The position numbers were made by a program, and so were the translations under genes. A DNA stretch of 59,915 nucleotides, filler included. It is 6 parts of 6 records of this genome, joined end to end, with 100 filler letters (N's around TTAATTAATTAA, not from the genome) between each part and the next. Parts side by side here need not be neighbours in the genome. Positions count along the whole stretch, not along the records: positions 46,882 to 59,915 come from DRR723986_25169; 5 more parts are not named here. One strand, written 5' to 3'. Every line of letters begins with the position of its first letter. Position 1 is the stretch's first letter. Positions 50,556-59,915 of the stretch are shown piece after piece. The notes beneath the pieces were generated by a model. That model was given only the letters and a program-made list of their open reading frames with translations. It had not been told where the DNA came from and searched no databases.

Positions 50556-50772
50556 CTGTTGCACATGACTGCGGAGCGACGGGTAACAGCAATTTTGCGG
50601 AGCTAATATTCTGTTTACGTGTTGAGCCGGTCGTTCCAGTTGACTTCAAAGCGGTCGGTTATTCCGAACGAGGTGGCACCCTCAGGAATAATTGACCGCC
50701 ATGAAGTGTAGCAATAGTTTTGGGACTGCATTTTTTGGTCCACGCAAGATTGCGCATTCGTTCTGGATTTGT

Positions 50773-50820
50773 TGGCTTACTGGTTAATTGGTTGATTGGT
50801 TGATTGGTTAACTGGTTATA
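50773..50820. repeat. 8-bp degenerate tandem repeat (TGGTTRAY-like x6)
   Basis: tggcttac tggttaat tggttgat tggttgat tggttaac tggttata. Confidence 0.85.
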
Positions 50821-50979
50821 CAATTTCAGATTGCAGCGCCGTTCGGCATGAAAATTCTCCGGCTTGCTTTTTGAGTTTTTTGTTTGGCGGTGAGTGTTTA
50901 ATGTCGCGCTATAGAATCTGAGCTCAGATTTTGGGTCTAAATGACAACAGCTGTTAGCCTAAGGCTAACAGCTGTTAAC

Positions 50980-51020
50980 AAAAAAGGGACCCCACTGGTG
51001 TGCCGGCCGGTGAGATCCCT
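50980..51020 (-). terminator. Intrinsic terminator of the giant adhesin gene
   Basis: Minus strand AGGGATCTCACCGG...CCAGTGGGGTCCCT followed by a T run. Confidence 0.75.
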
Positions 51021-51049
51021 ATGTCGTATGTAAAACTTTCGGAGTTAGA

Positions 51050-54000
51050 TTAACGTAGAATCACAGTCTGTTGCCTCTCATGCCTTACCTGCCCCTCGAT
51101 ATCCTGGTACTCCAGCACCAGTGAATACACACCAGCCGCAAGTGCCGAACCATCGCGGTTTAGCGCCGGCCACTGCATTTGCTGAGCGCCCGTCTGCGAT
51201 GCTGCGCGGCTCAGCGTGGCCACAGTGCGCCCACGCAAATCCAGAATCCGCACCGTAAAAGCAACATCAAGATTAACAGAAATCTCGGCTAAAGTGCCGC
51301 CCGGCACGGGGTTTGGCTGCATCGTCAACAGATGTTCCTTGGCTGCGTCAGCTGGATTTGTTCCTGGCGCCATTCCGCGCGCCTGCACAACGGTTAAACT
51401 CACCGTCGCTGTAGACTCTCCACCATGGCCGTCGCTGACGGTATACGTGAACTGGTCTGCACCCGTGGTGTTGCCGGCTGCATAGTTAAGTTCACTTCCG
51501 CCGCCGCCAATTGTCACAGTCCCCAGCGCCGGATCAGTCTTGGAGATAATAGATAAGATGTGACCGTCGGTATCCAGATCGTTGCTCAACGCCAGAATCT
51601 GCGTCGCTGCATTTTTAGCTACCGATGCCACAACATCATCTTCCGCCAATGGTTTGTAGTTGCGCTGCAGCACCGCCACGGCATCGTCAAGTGTTCCAAC
51701 TACGTAAGCAAACTCGCCGTCGCTGGAGAGCGCAGCAAAACGCGCGCCATTCAGTCCGTTAACTCCATTCTGACCGTCTTTGTACACTCCTGCTGGAATC
51801 AAATGTCCGTTGTTGGCCTTGCGTCGCAGCAAGGTCACGGCATCGTCAATTACCGCCGTTACCCACACCTGTGCGCCGTCGGGGCTGACAGCAATGTTAC
51901 TTATGCCGTTTAGGCCGTTGAAACCTGTAGTCCCATCGCTGTACTTCTTAACAAATGTCAGCGCACCGTCCAGGGCATTGCGGCTGAACACGACGATGGC
52001 ATCATCGTAATATCCAGCAGCATAAACGTGCAGGCCGTCAGGCGACACGGTTACATCGTAAACACCATCCAGACCGGAAACACCGTTCAGTCCATTTCTG
52101 AAACACTGTGAATAGCTAAGCGCGCCCGTGCTCACGTCACGCGTGAACATGGCAATTGCGTCTTCACCCATGCCTGCCACATATACGTGCGCACCGTCAG
52201 GGCTTACGTCCAGACCAAGCGCCTGTCGCAGGCCGTCGACACCGCCGCTGCCGTCTTTAAAACAACCGACGTAACTCACATCACCGGTAAACACATCCTT
52301 GTTGAAAACTGCAACCGAGTGGTCGTCCATCGCAGTCACAAAAATGCTGCGGCCGTCACTGCTGGTCTCAACCATCCGTGGACGTTTTAGTCCGCCTATC
52401 GTCAGGCTGCCATCCACCTGTCCGCGGCGTTTGCGCTCGGAAAATGTTAATAGGCCGGTAGATGGATTACATTCCAAAATCACAAGCGAGTTATCGCCAT
52501 AACCAGCAGCATACAGGTATTTGCCGGCAGGGTCCATTGCCAGGGCACTGGGATATTTGAGGCCCACAATGCTGTTTCTGCCGTTGCGCACCCGAGAGAT
52601 GTACGTCAAACTGCCGCTTGTCTGGTTGCGCTCAAAGATGGCGATCGAATGATCATTGCGCCCCGCAACATACACGTACTTGCCATTTGGGCTGACGGCA
52701 GAGCCATAGGCGCGACTGAGGCCGCGCACGGTTCCGCTGCGATTCTTACGTTGCTCCACATACTCGCCGTTAACAAGCGGAGACTGTGTGGCAGGCGTCA
52801 CAATCAGAACGGCACTCGTGGCAATGCAGTTGTCAATCGATTGCATCGAGTACTGCAGTGTCTCCTGACCGCTAAAGCCGGGATCCGGCGTGTATGTCAG
52901 CGTCGAACCAACGATACTGGTCTGACCATTCTGTGGACTGTCAACCTGCAAGAGTTGCAGGCCCGCGCCCTGATCATTTGCCAGAAGATCAAGGCTGGCG
53001 CTGCCATTGGTAACCAGCAAATAATCGTTAAGTGCCTGCGCCGCTTTACCTGTAATCTGTGAAGTTGTTGTGTTTACACAGCCGATCAGACTCGTGCGCT
53101 GCACTGTCAGCGATGTAATCGTGCTGCCCTGCTGCCAGGCCACCTGCACCTCATCACTGCCCTGCCCGCTCAGAATCGTGCCGCCAACAATTGTCCAAAC
53201 ATGAGTTGCTGCCGTATTGCGTGGCTCGGCCTGGTAGCTGAGCGCAACATCAAGACAGGCACAGGTAGCACCGCTGATCGACAGGGCGTCTATGGCTTGC
53301 AGCGTTACTGAAATCGTAGTACGCGCCTCAAATTCACCATCTGTCGCTAATATCGTGATCAGCGCCGTACCGGTCGCCTCACATTCGGGTGTTAACTTAA
53401 AATGTGTACTTGCTCCGGTAGAACTAAACATCAGGTTCTCATCGCGGAACAGTGCCTGATTACTTGAAGTCGCACTTACAATTGTTGCAGCAAAATTATG
53501 ATCAACATCAATAATGTTAATTTGAGTGCTGATCATTTTATTCTGAGTGCCAAACAAAGTTGCTTCTGCAAGTAAAGAGTGCGGATCATTCTGCGCCTGT
53601 ACAGTAAACGTGAATGTTGTTGAGCCACTCAGAATCCCGTCATTAACAAAAATCTCAATCGTAGCATTGCCGTTCGAACTTGAATTGGCATTGGTGACCG
53701 GTGCAAACATGACCGTAGTTGTAGCACCCGTCACGCCAAATGTTATTCCGGAATTTTCGATAAGCGCAGGATTGCTGGAGACGGCGCTGAGCGTAAGAGC
53801 CGTAAACGGCGTTTCATCCCACAGGCTGATTGTCACACTCGTAGATGTGTCTTCCAATGTCTGTACGATCGGCTCTGAGACTTCGATTGTCGGCACGTCA
53901 TCCACCGGAAGGACTGTCACCTGAATTGTTGTAGTACGCGTGAATTCTCCGTCCGAGACCGATACAGTTACAACCGCACTGCCGTTGGCATTTGGCAATG

Positions 54001-57000
54001 GAGAAATACTTAGTACACGTTGAGGGTTCAGGTAAAGCAGGTTAAAACTGGCCTGTGTAAACAGTGCCTGATTGCTCGAAGTCACAGAAATATTAAGTGC
54101 ATTGTAGGCCGTCTCAGGGTCGAGAATTTGAATGTTCGTCTGTGTGGTCTCATCCTCATCAGCCGTCAGATTTGTCGCAAATGCAACAACACTGGGCGGA
54201 TCGTTAACCGGTGTGACGTCCAGCGTAAAACTCGTGCTTGTAGTAAACTCACCGTCAAAAACTGAAACAGTAATCAAGGCCGAGCCAAAAGCATTCAAAA
54301 TTGGCGTCATCATTATTTGTGTTGAGGCCGCAGTCGCACCAAAACTCAGTCCCGCGCTCGTTATCAGCGCCGGGTTACTCGAAGTCGCCGTCAGAATCAG
54401 TTGATTCATCGGCGTGTCAACATCAGCGAGTGCCAGCGTCAGTGTGGTTGTTATGTCCTCGTCTGTTAACACATTGCTCGTCGCCGCAGCCAATTGCGGC
54501 TCATCGTTAACAGGCACAACATCCAGCGTGAATGTTGTGCTGACGGTATACTGACCATCAAAAGCCTCAAACGTCAGCGCTTGACCATTGAAATTCACAT
54601 TCTGCGCCGGGGTAACTAAAAATTGCGTCGTAGCGCCTGTCGCCCCAAGCTGAACGATCGAAGCAATCGTTGTAATATCAATTGTCGCGGCCGTTATCAC
54701 CAGCTTGCTCACGCCCGGCCAGACGTCGTTAAGTGACATGCTAAGCTTCAGCGGCGTATCCTCATTTGTCGTGACCACCGTCTGAATTGTTGCAATCTGC
54801 GGCTGGTCATTGTTGAGCGTCAGCACATTCGTCGTCTGTCCACCGTCCGTATCAAATATCAGAGTCAGGCTTGCAGCTGTAGCAGCAAGGCCGGCCGGAA
54901 TTGTTATCTGTGCGTTCGTTAATTCGGCCAGGTCAATTGTCAGTGCCGCCGAGCCAACTACCGCGCCACTGCTGTTAACAGTTTCAATTGTCGCACCAGT
55001 CAGCAGAATATCAGTTCCAGTCAAGTTAAGCGTCAGTGATCCCGTTGTAACTGTTGCGCTGGTTGGAAACATCGAACTAATCGTCGGTGCCGCAAGATTT
55101 TGCCAGATGCGCTCAAATCCCGAATGTGCCACGATTATTTCCAGAGCACCATCGGAGTCAATATCGCCCATGGCCGCACCGTAGGACGCTCCAATATCGC
55201 GCTGGCGGCGCGTAAAACTGGCGTCACCTTTGTTTAACCAAATTGCGTCGGCCTGATCCGTACAAACAAATACGTCCAGGAATCCATCCGCATTCAGGTC
55301 ACCCAGTTCGATGTCATTCACCGCAGCGTGCACGACCGTTGCGGAAGTAACAAATCCTCCGCTGCCGTCGCCAATCCAGGTTTCAATGCTTGCATTTGTG
55401 CCACTGGCACCGGCAAGCAAAGCGTCCAACTTTCCATCGCTGTTAAGATCACCCAGCGCCACCGAATGTGCCTCGGCCGACTCCAGACTTGTCTCCGTAA
55501 AGCTGCCATCATTTGCGTTGTTCAGGAATACTTTGCTTCCACCACTGCCATATGTAACAACGATATCAACGGCGTCATCACAATTGATGTCACCGAGTGC
55601 AAGGTTAGTTGGTGCGCCGGCAGCGAGTATGCTGATAGCCGGAATGCCACTTCCATTGTTTCGACCAATCAGGACCGCATTACTACCGGCCCAGATCACG
55701 TCCAGATCGCCGTCGCCGTCCAGGTCGTTAATTGCAACGTCATTACTTGTCCGCCCTGTGCCGGCGCCAAACTGCGTCATTGAAAAACTACCGGAGCCGT
55801 TGTTCATCCAGACCTCGGCCTGCGCGCTATTGGAATTGGCCAGCGCCGCATCCAGGTCACCATCACCGTCCAGATCACCCAGCGCCACCGCATTGTACTG
55901 GCCCGCCCCGAACAGCGTTTGGTTAAATGTTCCATCGCCCTGATTAAGCCAGGCGTAGGCGGGTGCCCCGTCAACCAATACAAGCGCATCCAGGTCGCCG
56001 TCAGCATTCAGATCTCCAATAGCCACGTTCTTCAGGAAATTGGGCCCATAATTTTGCGGATAGAGCCCGCCCGTTCCCGCCGGCACCGCCGCACGCATAT
56101 TAAACACCTGCGGGGTTTGTGCCTGCCCAAACGCGTTCGTCGCTCCCGTGGCGGAGACAATGAGTTGTTCACCGGGGAAGAAATCGCTGGATGGGTTAAT
56201 GTGAACCGTGTTGCTGGTGGCCGTAATACTCAGACCGGCCCCAGGCGTGCGATGTCCACCCTGCGCCCCCTGCAATGTTAAGTTCTTAAAGTCCAGAGCC
56301 GTTGAGAGCTCAAGCGCATTCGTCTCTGCGAGTTCGCGGTAGGTCAGATCAATATCGCTGTTAAGCGCAACTTCGTTGCTAAACTTAGCAGGCGCAATCT
56401 GCAGCACCTGTGGTAATGGATCAATGTTAAAGAAAAGCGTACCCGTCACTGCGTTTGAGGCGGCCAGGTCAATGTCACCGTCACCGTCAAAATCCGCCAG
56501 CGCCGGTCTGCGTGCTCCCAGGAATGCCTGAGCGACCTCGCCAAAGCTGCCGGCACCATTATTGAACAGAATCAGATTGGTCTGTGCAGTGGATAGAATT
56601 ACCACGTCCAGGTCAAAGTCGCCATCCATATCGGCGATGCCCACACCCGAACCATTGCCCGTATTGCCTACCAGTGTTTTGTTAAAAACAGCGTTGCCCT
56701 GATTCAGGTAAATCTCACTCTGAAAATTTGTGTCAGTTCCGGCTACGATGTCCGGAAAGCCATTGCCATCCAGATCCGCAACCGCAAGGTCATGATATTG
56801 GGCAATTGCAATGTCACAAACATTAAAAGTTCCATCACCATTGCCCAGCCAGAGTTGCAGTGGTCTGTCATCCGGAAAATTGCGCCGCGCCGCCACGGCA
56901 TCCAGAACGCCATCATTGTTAAAATCAGCAATTTCAACGGCGGAATAGCGATCGCCTATCAATTCGGTTTTGGCAAAGCTGCCACCACCAAAATTCTCGT

Positions 57001-59311
57001 AGAAAAACAAACCTTCCACCGCGGCAGCAAGCACATCTATGTCTCCATCACCATCCAGATCCCCAACGGCAAAATCAGTGATGGTACTTGCCACACCTTC
57101 CTCCAGCTCCGCCTCTTCGATGCTGAATACTCCACTGCCGTCATTCATCAGCAATTTCGGGAAGGCATTGCGACGTTCCAGCAAGGCGTCAAGGTCACCA
57201 TCGCCGTCAAAGTCGGCGGCAATTGCATGTGCGGCGTTACCTGGTGCAATTCCCACTGCACTGGTGGTCCAGGACTGATCCATGGCAACATCTACCAGGT
57301 AGACTTCAGCATCGTCGATCAGCAAGAATTCAGCGCGACCATCACCATCAAAATCGCCGGTCGTGACGTTCCCTCCATTACCGAGTGCATCGCCGTCTGA
57401 TAACTCACCGCTGCCGCCCAACACCGCCGCATGGAATTGGCTGACGATCGTATTTTCAATGGGTGTGCCTGACTGGGCTTCACCACCGGTGGAACTGATG
57501 CTAACAAGCTCACCCGGCAAAAAGTCGGCAGCCGGATTAACTGTTAATGTTTTGTCACCATTGGAGAGGCTCATGCTTGCGACTGTGACTCTCCCGCTTA
57601 GTGAGCCATGCACAAAAACGCTTGTATTAATTGGCGTAACGCTCGCAGAACTCATTGCCTGGTTATAGCTCACCGTTATATCGCTGTCCCGCGGCTCAGC
57701 GCCCTCCGCCGCACTTGGGGTGACCGCCAGCTGAACGGTAGCCAGGTTGTTTGTCAGAATGTAGTTCGTACCGTTGCGCACCGCTACGGCATCAAGATCA
57801 CCATCACCATCAAGATCACCGAAGTCAATTGAGTTAAACGTTGCAACTCCGGTAATCTGACTTGAAGAAAATGTGCCGCTGCCATCGTTAACATTTAAGC
57901 GCCCGCCACCTTGGTTACTCACATAGTCCACATCACCATCGTTATCAAGGTCGGCGTGATTGTAGCGATACGTTATAAAAGTCCGTTCAGGCACCCCGTC
58001 GCCATTGGTATCAAACAGACGTAAGTGATAGTAGCCGCCATTGTTAAACGTCGGCCCGCCAATGTTGCCCCATTGGAAGACTCCATCACCACGATTGTAC
58101 ATGCGGTGGCTCTGCCACAGACGACCGATCTGAAACATATCCAGATCGCCGTCCAGCTCGTAATCCACCAACCTGGTCTGATTCTGGCAACGCGTTCTGC
58201 CACCGTTGACGCCCTTAAACGTTCCGTCGCCATTGTTAAAAAATGTATCGTCGTAATCCAGGTTTTCCGAGAGCGAAACCACATCCAGGTCACCGTCGCC
58301 GTCAATGTCTCCAATCGAAATTCCGGTGTTTTCGCTGTTGTAACGCCCAAATAGATCGTAGGTAAACGTGCCGTCGCCATTATTAAAATAAATCAGATTG
58401 TAGCTCTGATATATCGACATTACGATGTCCAGATCGCCGTCGCCGTCCATATCTCCAAGGCCCATGCCGCGCGTATGGCGCTGAGCGCTCGGTGAAGTCA
58501 GCAGACTTGTAGTAAAGTTGCCGGCCCCATCGTTTAACCAGACTTCGTCCTGAGCATTCAAGTTGCCCACAACAACGTCAATGTCACCGTCACCATCAAG
58601 ATCGCCCAGTTTAACTTCGCGACTGTTTACGTTATTGGCACCATGCCCAAACTGCACGCGACTGAACGATAGTGTGCCACCGCTCACCGACTCAGCCGTA
58701 AACTGTGACACATTTGTTTTAGCCATTACGATCCCAGTGCTCGACTTTGCACCGCGCAGCGTAATATCGATGCGCTCACCGGGTTTAAACATTTGGGCCA
58801 CGCGCACACGCATTTGGGTGCTACCGGACTCAAATTTAACGGCTGCGTTAGCCGAAATATAGCCGGACTGTGAACCGTAGATTGCAATATTAGAACTTGT
58901 CGGAATAGTCGATGTTGTAACTGAGTTAACATCCATCTCGCGATCAAAGGTCACAATAAACTCAGCGTCGCGCGCTACCGCATACGCATTTGTGGTCGGT
59001 GAGATACTGATGATATTCGGTGCCTGCGCCTGTGCCGCTATCGGCAGCAACAGAATTAACACGAGTGCCGCCGCCATAATTGAGACGCCAGCCAGGATAC
59101 TGGCGAGTGATGTACCGCTGTTTGTGCCGCCCAAGCAGTCCGATCCATTAGCTATTGGCCGCGCGCCAGATGTTAAACTACTTTCGTTAACTCGACCATC
59201 GTCCGATGGATCTGTATTGGTCATATTAATTGTACCACAGGACTGCGCATGTTTTGCATCAGTCTTGACAGCCGCGGTGGCTGGTGCATTGCTGTTTGTA
59301 CTATTCCACAT
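51050..59311 (-). CDS. Giant secreted adhesin-like protein: 3x(Ig-like + FG-GAP/VCBS repeats), cadherin/Big_9-like repeats, lactonase-like beta-propeller, FlgD/T9SS C-terminal domain
   Basis: Many GDLDGDGDLD repeats, PVNDxP repeats, VSPDGxHVYV blades, C-terminal QPNP..RILDLRGRTVATL..LAAGVYSL. GGAG RBS before MWNST at 59311. Confidence 0.88.
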   Translation of the reverse strand: MWNSTNSNAPATAAVKTDAKHAQSCGTINMTNTDPSDDGRVNESSLTSGARPIANGSDCLGGTNSGTSLASILAGVSIMAAALVLILLLPIAAQAQAPNIISISPTTNAYAVARDAEFIVTFDREMDVNSVTTSTIPTSSNIAIYGSQSGYISANAAVKFESGSTQMRVRVAQMFKPGERIDITLRGAKSSTGIVMAKTNVSQFTAESVSGGTLSFSRVQFGHGANNVNSREVKLGDLDGDGDIDVVVGNLNAQDEVWLNDGAGNFTTSLLTSPSAQRHTRGMGLGDMDGDGDLDIVMSIYQSYNLIYFNNGDGTFTYDLFGRYNSENTGISIGDIDGDGDLDVVSLSENLDYDDTFFNNGDGTFKGVNGGRTRCQNQTRLVDYELDGDLDMFQIGRLWQSHRMYNRGDGVFQWGNIGGPTFNNGGYYHLRLFDTNGDGVPERTFITYRYNHADLDNDGDVDYVSNQGGGRLNVNDGSGTFSSSQITGVATFNSIDFGDLDGDGDLDAVAVRNGTNYILTNNLATVQLAVTPSAAEGAEPRDSDITVSYNQAMSSASVTPINTSVFVHGSLSGRVTVASMSLSNGDKTLTVNPAADFLPGELVSISSTGGEAQSGTPIENTIVSQFHAAVLGGSGELSDGDALGNGGNVTTGDFDGDGRAEFLLIDDAEVYLVDVAMDQSWTTSAVGIAPGNAAHAIAADFDGDGDLDALLERRNAFPKLLMNDGSGVFSIEEAELEEGVASTITDFAVGDLDGDGDIDVLAAAVEGLFFYENFGGGSFAKTELIGDRYSAVEIADFNNDGVLDAVAARRNFPDDRPLQLWLGNGDGTFNVCDIAIAQYHDLAVADLDGNGFPDIVAGTDTNFQSEIYLNQGNAVFNKTLVGNTGNGSGVGIADMDGDFDLDVVILSTAQTNLILFNNGAGSFGEVAQAFLGARRPALADFDGDGDIDLAASNAVTGTLFFNIDPLPQVLQIAPAKFSNEVALNSDIDLTYRELAETNALELSTALDFKNLTLQGAQGGHRTPGAGLSITATSNTVHINPSSDFFPGEQLIVSATGATNAFGQAQTPQVFNMRAAVPAGTGGLYPQNYGPNFLKNVAIGDLNADGDLDALVLVDGAPAYAWLNQGDGTFNQTLFGAGQYNAVALGDLDGDGDLDAALANSNSAQAEVWMNNGSGSFSMTQFGAGTGRTSNDVAINDLDGDGDLDVIWAGSNAVLIGRNNGSGIPAISILAAGAPTNLALGDINCDDAVDIVVTYGSGGSKVFLNNANDGSFTETSLESAEAHSVALGDLNSDGKLDALLAGASGTNASIETWIGDGSGGFVTSATVVHAAVNDIELGDLNADGFLDVFVCTDQADAIWLNKGDASFTRRQRDIGASYGAAMGDIDSDGALEIIVAHSGFERIWQNLAAPTISSMFPTSATVTTGSLTLNLTGTDILLTGATIETVNSSGAVVGSAALTIDLAELTNAQITIPAGLAATAASLTLIFDTDGGQTTNVLTLNNDQPQIATIQTVVTTNEDTPLKLSMSLNDVWPGVSKLVITAATIDITTIASIVQLGATGATTQFLVTPAQNVNFNGQALTFEAFDGQYTVSTTFTLDVVPVNDEPQLAAATSNVLTDEDITTTLTLALADVDTPMNQLILTATSSNPALITSAGLSFGATAASTQIMMTPILNAFGSALITVSVFDGEFTTSTSFTLDVTPVNDPPSVVAFATNLTADEDETTQTNIQILDPETAYNALNISVTSSNQALFTQASFNLLYLNPQRVLSISPLPNANGSAVVTVSVSDGEFTRTTTIQVTVLPVDDVPTIEVSEPIVQTLEDTSTSVTISLWDETPFTALTLSAVSSNPALIENSGITFGVTGATTTVMFAPVTNANSSSNGNATIEIFVNDGILSGSTTFTFTVQAQNDPHSLLAEATLFGTQNKMISTQINIIDVDHNFAATIVSATSSNQALFRDENLMFSSTGASTHFKLTPECEATGTALITILATDGEFEARTTISVTLQAIDALSISGATCACLDVALSYQAEPRNTAATHVWTIVGGTILSGQGSDEVQVAWQQGSTITSLTVQRTSLIGCVNTTTSQITGKAAQALNDYLLVTNGSASLDLLANDQGAGLQLLQVDSPQNGQTSIVGSTLTYTPDPGFSGQETLQYSMQSIDNCIATSAVLIVTPATQSPLVNGEYVEQRKNRSGTVRGLSRAYGSAVSPNGKYVYVAGRNDHSIAIFERNQTSGSLTYISRVRNGRNSIVGLKYPSALAMDPAGKYLYAAGYGDNSLVILECNPSTGLLTFSERKRRGQVDGSLTIGGLKRPRMVETSSDGRSIFVTAMDDHSVAVFNKDVFTGDVSYVGCFKDGSGGVDGLRQALGLDVSPDGAHVYVAGMGEDAIAMFTRDVSTGALSYSQCFRNGLNGVSGLDGVYDVTVSPDGLHVYAAGYYDDAIVVFSRNALDGALTFVKKYSDGTTGFNGLNGISNIAVSPDGAQVWVTAVIDDAVTLLRRKANNGHLIPAGVYKDGQNGVNGLNGARFAALSSDGEFAYVVGTLDDAVAVLQRNYKPLAEDDVVASVAKNAATQILALSNDLDTDGHILSIISKTDPALGTVTIGGGGSELNYAAGNTTGADQFTYTVSDGHGGESTATVSLTVVQARGMAPGTNPADAAKEHLLTMQPNPVPGGTLAEISVNLDVAFTVRILDLRGRTVATLSRAASQTGAQQMQWPALNRDGSALAAGVYSLVLEYQDIEGQVRHERQQTVILR

Positions 59312-59494
59312 CTGTTTAACTCCAGAACATTTGGCTCTTAAGGTTAGCCGCAATCCACTTTCGTTTAACAAGCGCGACCACTCAAAAATTGTTAACAAAA
59401 GAGCCCGCTCGGCCCCACGTGTGTGCCGGCAGCGTGGGGCCGAAGGCTTGGCTCCTGAATTTCTCCAAGCACTTAGTGCCCTTTGAATCCACTA

Positions 59495-59532
59495 CAAAAG
59501 TACGGTGAGTTGTGCCCTGCGCTCTTACGACA
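59495..59532 (-). promoter_or_regulatory. Candidate promoter TGTCGTA-N23-TACTTTTG for the adhesin gene
   Basis: TAnnTTTG about 180 nt upstream of the start; twin of 50518-50555. Confidence 0.55.
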
Positions 59533-59915
59533 TTTCTACAGCAAATTCCGGCGGTGATGTAGTAAAACGTCCAAAAGTTGTCCCTTTTTACTACAGGTAC
59601 TACGGCATTACGCAAATCGGGCAAGAAACGGATGGCAAATGCGCTTGGTTTGGGCACATCAGTACAGTATTCTTTGGTCTTGGCCGGAACGCCGCGCCCC
59701 CCGCATTACATTTGGTGGCTAGCTTTTTTCTCTTGTTAGTCGCGGAGTCACCATGCTCAAGAACAATAGTCTGTCAGTCTTTCATGAAGTCTCGTAGAAT
59801 TTCGGCTCAATTCCGGCTCACAGCGTCAGTGTTAACTCTGGGGGCTCACAGCTAAAAATCTGCGGGTCTTTGGGCTTGAAGAGGTGTGCATCTCCGGCTC
59901 ACAGCCCTTAGGGCT

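Noticed and set aside
50672-50680. GGTGGCACC resembling a T-box antiterminator motif
   Set aside because: No stem I/specifier structure and no amino-acid-related gene downstream.

Overview
This window is not one chromosome segment. It is six contigs joined by five 100-nt N spacers, each with an artificial TTAATTAATTAA linker, and they come from several organisms. (A) 1-6028, Roseobacter-type alphaproteobacterium: soxC(partial)-soxD-soxE-soxF, a GlxA/AraC regulator, clpP and the start of clpX. (B) 6129-18807, an FCB-group bacterium (T9SS C-terminal domains, TAnnTTTG promoters): a degenerate beta-propeller phytase lipoprotein, an M90 peptidase-SEC-C fusion, a pseudo alpha/beta-hydrolase, two Nudix genes, a T9SS-secreted PhoX followed by a MauG/BthA-like diheme enzyme, and two paralogous lipoproteins with a divergent Lgt. 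(C) 18908-26401, Roseobacter-type housekeeping block: glnD, murJ, rhomboid, trpS, aminotransferase IV, USP, DsbA-like, NifU and the start of tsaB. (D) 26502-40402, Rhizobiales/Roseibium-like: oxoprolinase, MCP, DUF1062, HugZ-like, BA14K, Orn/Lys decarboxylase, extensin, LysE, DUF2336, a 27-aa membrane sORF, azoR and a phage-like edge. (E) 40503-46781, high-GC Rhodobacteraceae: an IS21-type end truncating an ArsR-rhodanese gene, and the distal nar operon with accessory genes. (F) 46882-59915, probably the same FCB-group genome as B: DinB, a TPR-LuxR regulator and a ~2750-aa FG-GAP/Ig/propeller T9SS adhesin. The best candidates for undescribed biology are three: the PhoX + MauG-type diheme pair; twin TGTYGTA-N23-TACTTTTG promoters linking the TPR-LuxR regulator, a structured RNA/sORF and the giant adhesin; and the tandem-lipoprotein + divergent Lgt cassette. 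All family calls come from motif recognition by eye; no database searches were run.
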